From: Nanobdellota archaeon
Lineage (GTDB): Archaea > Nanobdellota > Nanobdellia > Woesearchaeales > GW2011-AR9
NCBI GenBank assembly: GCA_040751885.1
Contig: JBFMFP010000002.1
Span: 1-50,746, forward strand
Direction of reading: 5' to 3'
DNA: 50,746 nt
In this document: one piece after another, positions 9,149-17,998 of the stretch
Layout of the letters: the number at the start of each line of letters is the position of its first letter
Numbering within the stretch: position 1 is the stretch's first letter
Position numbers and translations under genes: made by a program
The notes under the pieces: model-generated
Seen by the model: the letters and a program-made list of their open reading frames with translations, nothing else
Told to the model about the DNA's origin: nothing
The model's database searches: none

Positions 9149-10690
9149 TTAACTAAAATAACCCAATCTCTCAAGCCTTTTTTTAATTTCTTCTTCATTA
9201 TTAAAAGTAAAAGGTTGATCCTTCCCTTCTTTAATTTTACTTCCTTCTTTAATCTTATCTTTAAAAATATCCATAACTATCGAATGAACATCTTGTATTT
9301 TAAAGGATTCCTTTTCTAAACTTTTCTTATTTGAAATCAAGATCCCCTTGATATGATGGTCACCAGGCCGGGGAAAATCTGGACCTATTTCTTGTATTAA
9401 TTTAGAGCTACCTACCACAGTAATAGGCCAGTAACTAAAATTTTCATCGTAAACAAGCAGGTCTGGCGCTTCATGAATTTGCTTACCCTGAAAAACTTCT
9501 TCTCTCTTTTTAACTGCGATTTTTGCTCCAACAATTTTTAAATTTTTAAGATTTTTTATTAGTCTGGCTCGAACCTTTTCATAGTCATGATCAGAAACAA
9601 TCCCTTTTTCTTCCGAACGATCATTGATATAGATAAATCCTTGACCAACAGCCGAGAAGGCTTTGGTCATCGAAAAATCTATTATGTCCTCTTCTACTGC
9701 TATCGACCAAGTTAAACCGCCTTCATTAATAAAGAATTTACCTAACCCTGAACCCCATAACCAACGATATACCAATCTCCTAATTTTTAACCTTTTCAAA
9801 AGTTTCTCTATTTTAGTTTCATCTATTTTTATTTTTAAAAAAAATTGAGAAAGAAAACTTCTTTTTTTTCTTTTTTTTAAGACTAGATAGCCTTTTTCCT
9901 CCAGCCAATGGTTAAGACAAATATTCCCTTTCAAACTCACTTGACCGTGGTCACTCACAATTAAAATGATTGCATCATCTATCTTTTGGGTAAATCTTCC
10001 GATTAAGGAGTCCAAATGTTCAAAATAAGTATAAACTTTTTCTTTATATTTATTTTCTTTATATAAAGGACTGTTCTCGTCAAAATATTTTATTAAATAA
10101 TGTTGGAGTATGTCTGTATTATTTTCGACTACCATGCAAATTTCTGGCTGGTATTTAAAATAAAGTTTTTCTAAAATCTTAAATCGTAAAGAAGTTAAGT
10201 TAGTGGCTCGCTGGATTAGATCATCTTCATTATTCCAAGCAAGAGCGAATTCAAAATTTTTTAATTCTTCTTTAAGTTCATCTTTCAACTCTGGGGGGTA
10301 AATGAATTCTTTTGCTCCAGATGGAGTAAACATACAGGACATCATAAAACCTCCTTTTACCGGTTTTACGGGGTAAGTACCCGGTATATTTAAGAGACCG
10401 ACCTTTAAATTTAATTTTTCCCAAAAGGGAGTGCAATTAGTTACAGTTTTAACCCTTGAGGTATAACCTTCTTTTGCAAATAAAGAAAAAGAGCCTATCT
10501 CGCCAGGGTTTTGTCCACTAACCATACATGGCCAAGCCGGTATAGTTACGGGTAATAATACACTTTCCAATGACTTTAAAAAACCCCCCTGAATAATTTT
10601 CTTTATATAAGGGATTCTATTTTCTTTATCTAACTTTTCAATGAGATCAGGACCTACTCCGTCTAAACCGATTATAATTAACTTTGCCAT
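9149..10690 (-). CDS. Alkaline-phosphatase-superfamily protein (type I phosphodiesterase / nucleotide pyrophosphatase-like), long paralog
   Basis: Motifs IIIGLDGVG, VTIPAWPCMVSGQNPGE, TDILQH, VSDHGQ and RPGDHH. The C-terminal tail is KKRLERLGYFS. Confidence 0.7.
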   Translation of the reverse strand: MAKLIIIGLDGVGPDLIEKLDKENRIPYIKKIIQGGFLKSLESVLLPVTIPAWPCMVSGQNPGEIGSFSLFAKEGYTSRVKTVTNCTPFWEKLNLKVGLLNIPGTYPVKPVKGGFMMSCMFTPSGAKEFIYPPELKDELKEELKNFEFALAWNNEDDLIQRATNLTSLRFKILEKLYFKYQPEICMVVENNTDILQHYLIKYFDENSPLYKENKYKEKVYTYFEHLDSLIGRFTQKIDDAIILIVSDHGQVSLKGNICLNHWLEEKGYLVLKKRKKRSFLSQFFLKIKIDETKIEKLLKRLKIRRLVYRWLWGSGLGKFFINEGGLTWSIAVEEDIIDFSMTKAFSAVGQGFIYINDRSEEKGIVSDHDYEKVRARLIKNLKNLKIVGAKIAVKKREEVFQGKQIHEAPDLLVYDENFSYWPITVVGSSKLIQEIGPDFPRPGDHHIKGILISNKKSLEKESFKIQDVHSIVMDIFKDKIKEGSKIKEGKDQPFTFNNEEEIKKRLERLGYFS

Positions 10691-10842
10691 AAATTTTTAG
10701 TTTAGTTGTCTGTTATAAAACTTATTAAACTAAGAATAATAAAAAAATCTCAATCAGTAACGAGTTAAAGTAACGAAATAAAAAATGATAATGAATCCAG
10801 TTTCAAAACCTATTTAAATTAATTAAAAAGAAGCCTATAACT

Positions 10843-12240
10843 ATGGAATCGTCGAATGGTCTTTATATAACCGGGGCATCTGGAGGAGACCGGTTTTTCT
10901 ATAGGGTGGCAGAAGCCTTAAAGAAGGATATGAATATAAACCCTTTTTATATTGCCACTATTGAACGTAATGAAGAATATTTACTTAGTCGAGGAGTACC
11001 AAAAAAAAATATTATTGGGATATATTACACTAAAGAACATTTTACCGCTCCGACTGATTTAAACTTTCTCCATCAGAAGGAAGAAGAATATGGTTTTAGG
11101 TTTTGGGATTTTTGGGAAGTGACGGCTATGCGAAAAAAGAAGCGGGACAAAATTCAAAAAGAAAAGATACTCTTCTGGTTTGAATACTTAGTCTGTAAAT
11201 TTGAAGAAATTGTAGAAAAAATTAAACCCAAATATTTTTTTGTTTATGGCCCGGCAGGATTTCATATCCTTATAATGTATGCAATCGCTAAAAAAAAGGG
11301 AATTAAAATCCTTGACTTCACTGCTTCACCAATCCATCGCCGATTTACTTTAATGGATAGTCTAAATTGTTCTTGGCCTTTAATTGAGAAAGAATATAAA
11401 AAAATTTTAAAAAATGGTTTCTCTAAGGAAGAAAAAAGTGCTGCCTGGCGGTTTATTCAAAACTATCGGAATTCGCCAATAGTTCCTACTTGTAGAAGAA
11501 AATACAACGAACCTTTCCCTAAAAAAGTTAAAAGATATATTTATTACGCCAGATATATTATAAAAAAACGAGAACTTCCGATAATTACTAATCGTTTGCT
11601 TTGGCCGGCTAAAAAATTAATGTTTAATTCTATAAATTTCTTTGAAAAACCTATAAAAAATGAAAAATATGTTTTGTTTAATTTACACTTTCAGCCAGAG
11701 ATATCTACCTCATTATATGGAAAATGGTTTGCTGATCAGCCCTATGTTATTGAGCAGATTTCCAAGTCTCTTCCTTTAAACTATATGCTTTATGTCAAAG
11801 AACATCCTTTTGGCTATGGCAATAGAAAATTAAATTTTTATAAAAGAATTAGAAGATTACGTAACGTAAGATTAATAGATCCAACTGAAAATAATTTTCA
11901 ATTAATCAAACATGCCTCATTGATCATCACTATTACGGGTACTTCCGGTTGGGAAGGCCTCATTTTTGGCAAGAGAGTTATCACTTTTGGTAATACTTAC
12001 TATAATCTTTGCAAGGAAGTTAAACACCTCAGAGCCTCAGAGGACCTTCCCCAGACAATAAAAGAATCGTTAGATAAAAAAGTAGACGAAAAAGAAATTA
12101 TAAAATTTGTTGCCGCCATGTTCCGAGGGACCTTTCCGGGTTTAGCTTGGCTTCCTGGTGATTGTGCCGAGCAGTCAACCGAAAAGAAAAATGTCCTTTT
12201 GATTGCTGAAGGAGTAAAAAAGTATATATTAAAAGAATAG
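10843..12240 (+). CDS. Capsule polysaccharide biosynthesis protein, KpsS/KpsC (Capsule_synth)-like glycosyltransferase
   Basis: Motifs NLHFQPEISTS, VKEHPF and ITITGTSGWEGLIFGKRVITFG resemble the CMP-sugar-dependent KpsS/KpsC/LpsZ family. Confidence 0.55.
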   Translation: MESSNGLYITGASGGDRFFYRVAEALKKDMNINPFYIATIERNEEYLLSRGVPKKNIIGIYYTKEHFTAPTDLNFLHQKEEEYGFRFWDFWEVTAMRKKKRDKIQKEKILFWFEYLVCKFEEIVEKIKPKYFFVYGPAGFHILIMYAIAKKKGIKILDFTASPIHRRFTLMDSLNCSWPLIEKEYKKILKNGFSKEEKSAAWRFIQNYRNSPIVPTCRRKYNEPFPKKVKRYIYYARYIIKKRELPIITNRLLWPAKKLMFNSINFFEKPIKNEKYVLFNLHFQPEISTSLYGKWFADQPYVIEQISKSLPLNYMLYVKEHPFGYGNRKLNFYKRIRRLRNVRLIDPTENNFQLIKHASLIITITGTSGWEGLIFGKRVITFGNTYYNLCKEVKHLRASEDLPQTIKESLDKKVDEKEIIKFVAAMFRGTFPGLAWLPGDCAEQSTEKKNVLLIAEGVKKYILKE

Positions 12241-12266
12241 AAAAATTATGAAAGAAAAAGGTTTAA

Positions 12267-12365
12267 ATGACTTCATGCATCATTTGTAATAAACTCAATC
12301 CAGAATTTTGGGCTAAAAAAGAAAAGTATAATGCGGTACGCTGCTTGAATTGTGGTTTGGTCTGA
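12267..12365 (+). CDS. 32-aa CxxC...CxxC zinc-ribbon mini-ORF, possibly the orphaned N-terminus of a methyltransferase-type gene
   Basis: Hand translation gives MTSCIICNKLNPEFWAKKEKYNAVRCLNCGLV*. It is below the ORF-track size cutoff. Confidence 0.25.
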   Translation: MTSCIICNKLNPEFWAKKEKYNAVRCLNCGLV

Positions 12366-12396
12366 TGATGACTGTGTTGTATAAGAAGTGTTAAAA

Positions 12397-13002
12397 ATGG
12401 CCATGCCTGATTTTTCTGAGGAAATCAAAAAATATAAAGGAACATCTTTACAAGGAACTACTCTTCGTCTTGTCCCTTTTACCACAAAATATCTTTATTT
12501 ACCACAATATTTAGAATGGCTCCGTGATCCCGAAGTTGTCCGTTATATTTATCGCCCGGCTTATTTAATGCAGCCGGTTTCTTTCTCCGAAGTTAAAGAA
12601 TATGTAGAAAGTGCGATAAATAGCACCACTTTACTCTTTATGACTATAGAAACCCTTCCTGAAAAGAAATTTATCGGCACTTTCAAAATCGGGCCAATTG
12701 ACTGGTGGGCTAAGAATGTTAATCTAGGGATTATGATTGGCGATAAATCCTATTGGGGAAAAGGCCTGGCCCAAGAAGCTTTTTCTTTGGCTATCAAATT
12801 TTGCTTTGAAGAGATGAAAATGCATAAAGTATGGGGCGGTTGCATGGGAGCAAATATTGGCATGCAGAGAGTCTTTGAAAAATTAGGATTTAAAAAGGAA
12901 GGCTGCTTCAGGGATAGTGATTTCCAAGAAGGGCAATACTTCAACCATTTATATTATGGGCTATTAAAAAATGAGTATCACCAGCTAGAAGATAAAAAAT
13001 GA
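12397..13002 (+). CDS. GNAT N-acetyltransferase (RimJ/RimL / PseH-like)
   Basis: About 200 aa, with the acetyl-CoA loop YWGKGLAQEA. It sits in a nonulosonate gene context. Confidence 0.75.
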   Translation: MAMPDFSEEIKKYKGTSLQGTTLRLVPFTTKYLYLPQYLEWLRDPEVVRYIYRPAYLMQPVSFSEVKEYVESAINSTTLLFMTIETLPEKKFIGTFKIGPIDWWAKNVNLGIMIGDKSYWGKGLAQEAFSLAIKFCFEEMKMHKVWGGCMGANIGMQRVFEKLGFKKEGCFRDSDFQEGQYFNHLYYGLLKNEYHQLEDKK

Positions 13003-13006
13003 GGAT

Positions 13007-14233
13007 TTATTTTCTTTTGTCTATTAAACAGATAGTTTCCCTCAGAATATCGACCTGTCTTTCCGCTTCTCCCAAATCCACATAATTCGTCTTAAACTGC
13101 ATCAGCTTCGGCTGAATCCTCTCTGCTACCGGACACAGCCCTGGACCATAATTCTTATGCTCCCCTTTATAGATTTCCGAATCGACGGGAAAACCTCCCC
13201 CCAAAAACTTCCTTTCCTGAAACACTGGCTCATTGTAAGTCAACCGCCAAGCACCATAAAGGAAGTCGCCTCCCAGCTCATAAAATTTTTTCCGGAAATC
13301 CTGCCAGCTACAGCCCGCTTTTTCCGCGTCAAAGTTACAGACAAAGGTCCAATAAGAATGCTCATAACCAAGCGGCGTATATTGGGGTACTAGCCAGGAA
13401 CAACCTTTAACTGCTTCTAAAAACATTGCTCCAATTTTCTTTCTTTTCTCTACCAGCTCATCCATCCTTTCCGTTTGTTCTAGTGCCACTGCTCCCTGCA
13501 AATCCGACATCCGGTAATTCCAGCCTAGGAAATCATGGCGGATAGAAGTAGGATCACCACGATCTTTTTTTGACATTATTCCGCCGCTCTTGCTGGTCAG
13601 CGTATGATAGCCAACAACAGAAAAGCGGCGAATCATTGTTGCATAGTTCTCATCATTCGTAACCACAATACCACCATCCCCACAAGTTAAATGCTTGGAA
13701 GCCTGAAAGCTAAAACTTGCTGCATGGCCTATCGTTCCAGCCAATCTTCCTTTGTAAGTCGCTAAGAAACACTCAGCACTGTCTTCAATTACGGTTAAAT
13801 TGTGTTTCCTGGCGATTTCCATAATCGCATCCATATCCGCCATTAAGCCGTATAAGTGTACCGGAATAATTGCTTTTGTTAACGGAGTAATCCGCTGCTC
13901 AATACTCTTCGGATCAATATTAAATGTTTTTTCATCAATATCAGCAAAAACTGGAACAGCCCCTTGGTGTAGAACACAGAGAGATGTAGCCGCTGCAGTT
14001 AATGGCGGAACAATTACCTCATCCCCCGGCTTAACCCCAGCCGCCGCCAAGCAGGAATGCATCGTGGCTGTGCCATTGCAATGGGCAACAGCATACTTCA
14101 TCCCCAGACGCTTGGCAAAAGCCTGCTCAAACCTGCCCACCATTCCTGGACCAGAAGAATTGCCAAACCCATAATCAACTACCTCTTTCAGGTATTCCAA
14201 AGCTTTTGGTGAAATTCTTTCGGGATGTGCCAT
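13007..14233 (-). CDS. DegT/DnrJ/EryC1-family PLP sugar aminotransferase
   Basis: Motifs VIEDSAE and the catalytic Lys segment FQASKHLTCGDGG. G+C is visibly higher than in the flanks. Confidence 0.85.
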   Translation of the reverse strand: MAHPERISPKALEYLKEVVDYGFGNSSGPGMVGRFEQAFAKRLGMKYAVAHCNGTATMHSCLAAAGVKPGDEVIVPPLTAAATSLCVLHQGAVPVFADIDEKTFNIDPKSIEQRITPLTKAIIPVHLYGLMADMDAIMEIARKHNLTVIEDSAECFLATYKGRLAGTIGHAASFSFQASKHLTCGDGGIVVTNDENYATMIRRFSVVGYHTLTSKSGGIMSKKDRGDPTSIRHDFLGWNYRMSDLQGAVALEQTERMDELVEKRKKIGAMFLEAVKGCSWLVPQYTPLGYEHSYWTFVCNFDAEKAGCSWQDFRKKFYELGGDFLYGAWRLTYNEPVFQERKFLGGGFPVDSEIYKGEHKNYGPGLCPVAERIQPKLMQFKTNYVDLGEAERQVDILRETICLIDKRK

Positions 14234-14253
14234 ACTTCACCACCACCTTCTTT

Positions 14254-15786
14254 CTACCATGCTGTCCAACCACCATCAACAACCAAATTTGCCCCAGTCA
14301 TATAACTAGAAGCGTCTGAACAGAGAAATAATATTGCACCTCTGTATTCATCTTTCTTAGCCATTCTTCCTAGGGGTGTTCTAGCGCTATATCGTTCAAT
14401 AAATTCTGCACTCTGATTGCTTTCCACTCCTCCCGGGCTAAGACAGTTTACTCTAATACCTTTTTTTGCAAAATAAGTTGCCAAGTGCTTTGTTAAACTA
14501 ATTGCCCCGCCCTTACTTGCAGAATACACCGCAGAGGGAAAGGCCCGGTTTTCTGTACCGCCTTCATAGATGCTTAAATCATTCCCAACAATTCCATAAG
14601 TGGAGCCAATATTAACAATAATGCCTCCCCCTTGTTTAGACATTTCGCTCCCAATAATTTTAGAGCATATAAAAACCCCACGTAAATTGACAGACATGAC
14701 ATATTCCCAATCTTCAACAGGATATTCCTCAAAAGGCTTATCATAACATTTTGGCCTTGCCACTGCGTTATTAATTAAAATATCAACCTTCCCAAACTTG
14801 CTTTTCACTTTTTCCAGCATCAGCTTAACAGAACCTTCATCAGAAATATCCACCTCTACCCCTAATGATTCGATATTATTTCTCTTAGTTATCTTTTGGG
14901 CTAGTTTATCGCATGCTTCTTGGTTAATATCAGCAATAACTACATGTGCTCCGGCGTCAGAAAGAATTTCTGCATACTGTGCACCAAGCAATCCAACTGC
15001 CCCGGTTATGATCGCTACCTTCCCTTTCAAGCTAAATAATTCTTCTATTACCGACTTTGTTTTGGGTATCTGAGCGCCTCCCTCCCCTCCCATCTTGCTC
15101 ACTGATATTTTTACCAAATCTAAATCAACCGGCCCATCAACATCAACAGCCCTTTCCTGAGGGGTGATAGTAGCAAAACTATTTTCTGAAAACCAGCTTT
15201 TATGTTTTTTTAGGTAATCCCATCTTGCAACAAAGACCAAGCCATCAAGAAAATAATAAGTTGGCAGATCTTGGCGATTTTTTTTAGCGATATCAGGATT
15301 AATAAAATCTTTCATTGAACGATCCTCAGGGATGGTATTCATCCAAAAAGGCGGTGTTCTCACTTCCGCTACCGAGATAACAGTGTCCGCTTCTTTTTCC
15401 ACCAATTTTTCAACGGCTTTATCAACATCCTCAGCCGTCCTCAGGGGAGACGTCGGCTCTAATTTTAAAACAATATCAAACCTACTCCAGTTTTTATCCA
15501 CCCAATCTATCATATGCTGGCAGGCGTCCATCTCGACAGCCCTGTCTGTAGCCAACTCTGCCGGTCTTAAAAAAGGTGCTTCCGCTCCCCATTGCCGAGC
15601 AATTTCTGCGTACTTCGCCGAATCCGTTGAGACAATTATTTTATCTACATATTTGCTTTCTTTTGCTGCTAAAATCGAATAGGCAATTAATGGCTTCCCA
15701 CAGACATCTGCTATATTTTTGTCTTTAATGCTCTTGGAGCCGCTGCGGGCCGGGATGTAAGCTAAAACCTTTTTTCCGCTTATCAT
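14254..15786 (-). CDS. Fusion: acylneuraminate (CMP-nonulosonate) cytidylyltransferase + short-chain dehydrogenase/reductase
   Basis: The N-terminus AYIPARSGSKSIKDKN matches the NeuA/PtmB/KdsB fold. The C-terminal half has the SDR motifs ITGAVGLLG, NNAV and YSASKGG. Confidence 0.85.
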   Translation of the reverse strand: MISGKKVLAYIPARSGSKSIKDKNIADVCGKPLIAYSILAAKESKYVDKIIVSTDSAKYAEIARQWGAEAPFLRPAELATDRAVEMDACQHMIDWVDKNWSRFDIVLKLEPTSPLRTAEDVDKAVEKLVEKEADTVISVAEVRTPPFWMNTIPEDRSMKDFINPDIAKKNRQDLPTYYFLDGLVFVARWDYLKKHKSWFSENSFATITPQERAVDVDGPVDLDLVKISVSKMGGEGGAQIPKTKSVIEELFSLKGKVAIITGAVGLLGAQYAEILSDAGAHVVIADINQEACDKLAQKITKRNNIESLGVEVDISDEGSVKLMLEKVKSKFGKVDILINNAVARPKCYDKPFEEYPVEDWEYVMSVNLRGVFICSKIIGSEMSKQGGGIIVNIGSTYGIVGNDLSIYEGGTENRAFPSAVYSASKGGAISLTKHLATYFAKKGIRVNCLSPGGVESNQSAEFIERYSARTPLGRMAKKDEYRGAILFLCSDASSYMTGANLVVDGGWTAW

Positions 15787-15787
15787 T

Positions 15788-16873
15788 CTAAACCAGATCC
15801 TCCTTTCTAATCAAATCATCCGCCTTTAAGTCACCCTTAAGAGTCCTTCCAATAATAAACCGGACATCTTTAGGCTCTATCCCGATCCCCGGTCTTTTAA
15901 AATCAATATCTTCCTCTTTGATTATCTCGCCGGCTTTCATATTTTTTTTAACTACAATACTCCTTCTAAATAAATGCCTTTTATCAAGCTCCTCTTGCGG
16001 TAAAACTCTTTTATGGCTGCCTAAAGCCCGCCAGATCTTTTTTGATTCTTCAACCATTAGCTTTAGCTCTTCGGGAGTGGCGGAAACTTTATGGTCCCAG
16101 CCGGGCAGATTTTTATCTAAAGTAAAATGTTTTTCAATCAGGCAAGCTCCTTTAGCTACTGCGGCTAGAGGGACAGTCCAGCCAAGAGTGTGATCTGACC
16201 AACCGACTGGGTAATCAAAATTTTGGCGTAGAAAATCTAGATTATTCAAGTTAATATTCTCATCTTTTGGTGGGTATGTTGAAACACAGTGAAGCAAGAT
16301 TAGTTCCTCGTTTCCCGCCTTGGTGATTGTTCCAACTGCCTCAATAATCTCTGTGAAAGAAGCCATCCCGGTGGAAAGGACAATTGGTTTGCCTTTCCTA
16401 GCAATATATTCCAAGAAAGGGTAATTATTAGCATCCATAGAAGCCACTTTAATAAAATCAATATTTAATTCCTCAACCAAAAAGTCAACTGCTCCCTTGT
16501 CTAAGGGTGTACAGCAAAACATTATCTGCTTCTCATCGCAGTATTTTTTCATCTCTCTTAACAGTTCACGGGAAGCCATATACTCCTGCATCTGTCTTTT
16601 CAGGTCCGGATGGACTATGGTAAAAAATCGTTTTAAAGCTGGCGATTCATCTATTAATTGTTGTCTTCGGTAATCTGTCTCATAACAAGCTTCAGAAAAA
16701 AGAGTAGTATCAAAAGCTTGAAATTTAACGGCATCAGCCCCACATTCTACCGCTTTGTCAATTAGTTGTTTGGCTAGATCTAACTGGCCATTATGATTGG
16801 AACCAATCTCGGCAACAATAAAAGGTTCGCCAAAATTCTTGATTTCTTTATTGCCTATTTTTATGATTCCCAT
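15788..16873 (-). CDS. Nonulosonate synthase, NeuB/PseI/LegI family, with C-terminal SAF domain
   Basis: Motifs IVAEIGSNHNG, KFQ and SDHTLG. The C-terminal tail of about 60 aa is SAF-like. Confidence 0.9.
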   Translation of the reverse strand: MGIIKIGNKEIKNFGEPFIVAEIGSNHNGQLDLAKQLIDKAVECGADAVKFQAFDTTLFSEACYETDYRRQQLIDESPALKRFFTIVHPDLKRQMQEYMASRELLREMKKYCDEKQIMFCCTPLDKGAVDFLVEELNIDFIKVASMDANNYPFLEYIARKGKPIVLSTGMASFTEIIEAVGTITKAGNEELILLHCVSTYPPKDENINLNNLDFLRQNFDYPVGWSDHTLGWTVPLAAVAKGACLIEKHFTLDKNLPGWDHKVSATPEELKLMVEESKKIWRALGSHKRVLPQEELDKRHLFRRSIVVKKNMKAGEIIKEEDIDFKRPGIGIEPKDVRFIIGRTLKGDLKADDLIRKEDLV

Positions 16874-16878
16874 TCTTA

Positions 16879-17895
16879 TTATTTATTCACTTTCTCATTT
16901 AAATAGTTTATTAAAAATTGTTTAGAGCGTTTCGTTTCCGCAATAAATTCTGTGAGATCCTTTCTCCGGATTTCTAAAACCAGAGGGATTTCTTTTTCTT
17001 TAGGCAAAATTTCAAACAAATCTGTTAAAAAAAGATAATCCAAACGATCTTTTATTCCTTTTTTATCAAAACCTAAAGGCAGATGTTCCCCTTCCAAAGG
17101 CAATTTAGTTTCTGGATTAAACCGAAGATTAAAACAATCTGAGCCACATAAATGGATTTGTTCAATTTTATCCTTAAATTTATTTAAAAAAAAAGTTAAA
17201 TAAATCTGGGCCTCTTTCTCAAGAGCAGGAAAATTATTTTTAATATAAGAAGTAATTTTTTCTTCAAAAGAATTCGCTTTTTTCTCGGAAAATTGGGACA
17301 AAAACTCTTTCTCCCCCCTAAGATGATTGATAAATTTATTAAAATAAAAAGTCAAATAAAGATGTTCTATATCAGCGGTTATTTTTAATTTTCCCTGCAA
17401 AATGGAATCTAATTCCAAAAAATCTTCCGCGGAGGTCAGCAAAGCTCTCCTTTGATAAAAAAGATTATGCCAAAGAGCATCAGTCTCAAAAGAGAAGCTA
17501 ATCCCCCCATTAAATAAAGACTTAATTCTCATAGCCAACAAATTTAAAGCTTCTTCCCGACTTTGTTTAAATGGATTATAAGTTGCTCCATGAATAATTG
17601 CTCTTTTTGCCTCCACAGTTTTCGCCAACCGGATTGTTCCTTTTAAACTTTTTAGGGACTCTTCTCCTATCTCACCGGGTTCACTTAAATCGAAAGAATA
17701 AATTTTTCCCCCGACTTTTACTCGGGCAGGATTGTGGATAGAACTTATTTTGATATAATCCGGCAAGTCCATTAATTTCTGGTTTATCTCTTCCTTATCA
17801 AACAGTCCTAGATATAGTTCATAAGACGGAAAATCATTCTTCCCAAATAAAAAAAGATGGCCAAGATCACTTTTTCCAGCAATTATCAACGACAT
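16879..17895 (-). CDS. Hypothetical protein, probably a xylose-isomerase-like TIM barrel (sugar phosphate isomerase/epimerase family)
   Basis: Segments AIIHGATYNP, FSFETD, ADIEHLY and IHLCGSD...GEHLPLGFDKKGI resemble the AP_endonuc_2 pattern. ATG at 17895; the track ORF extends to a TTG at 17967. Confidence 0.4.
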   Translation of the reverse strand: MSLIIAGKSDLGHLFLFGKNDFPSYELYLGLFDKEEINQKLMDLPDYIKISSIHNPARVKVGGKIYSFDLSEPGEIGEESLKSLKGTIRLAKTVEAKRAIIHGATYNPFKQSREEALNLLAMRIKSLFNGGISFSFETDALWHNLFYQRRALLTSAEDFLELDSILQGKLKITADIEHLYLTFYFNKFINHLRGEKEFLSQFSEKKANSFEEKITSYIKNNFPALEKEAQIYLTFFLNKFKDKIEQIHLCGSDCFNLRFNPETKLPLEGEHLPLGFDKKGIKDRLDYLFLTDLFEILPKEKEIPLVLEIRRKDLTEFIAETKRSKQFLINYLNEKVNK

Positions 17896-17998
17896 AATTA
17901 TTCTAACAAAAGACCGTTTAAAAGACTTATGAAAAAAGAGATGCGATTCCAGAACCCTAATTAACAACCTTTAAAAATACTTTTGTCACAAAATTAGC

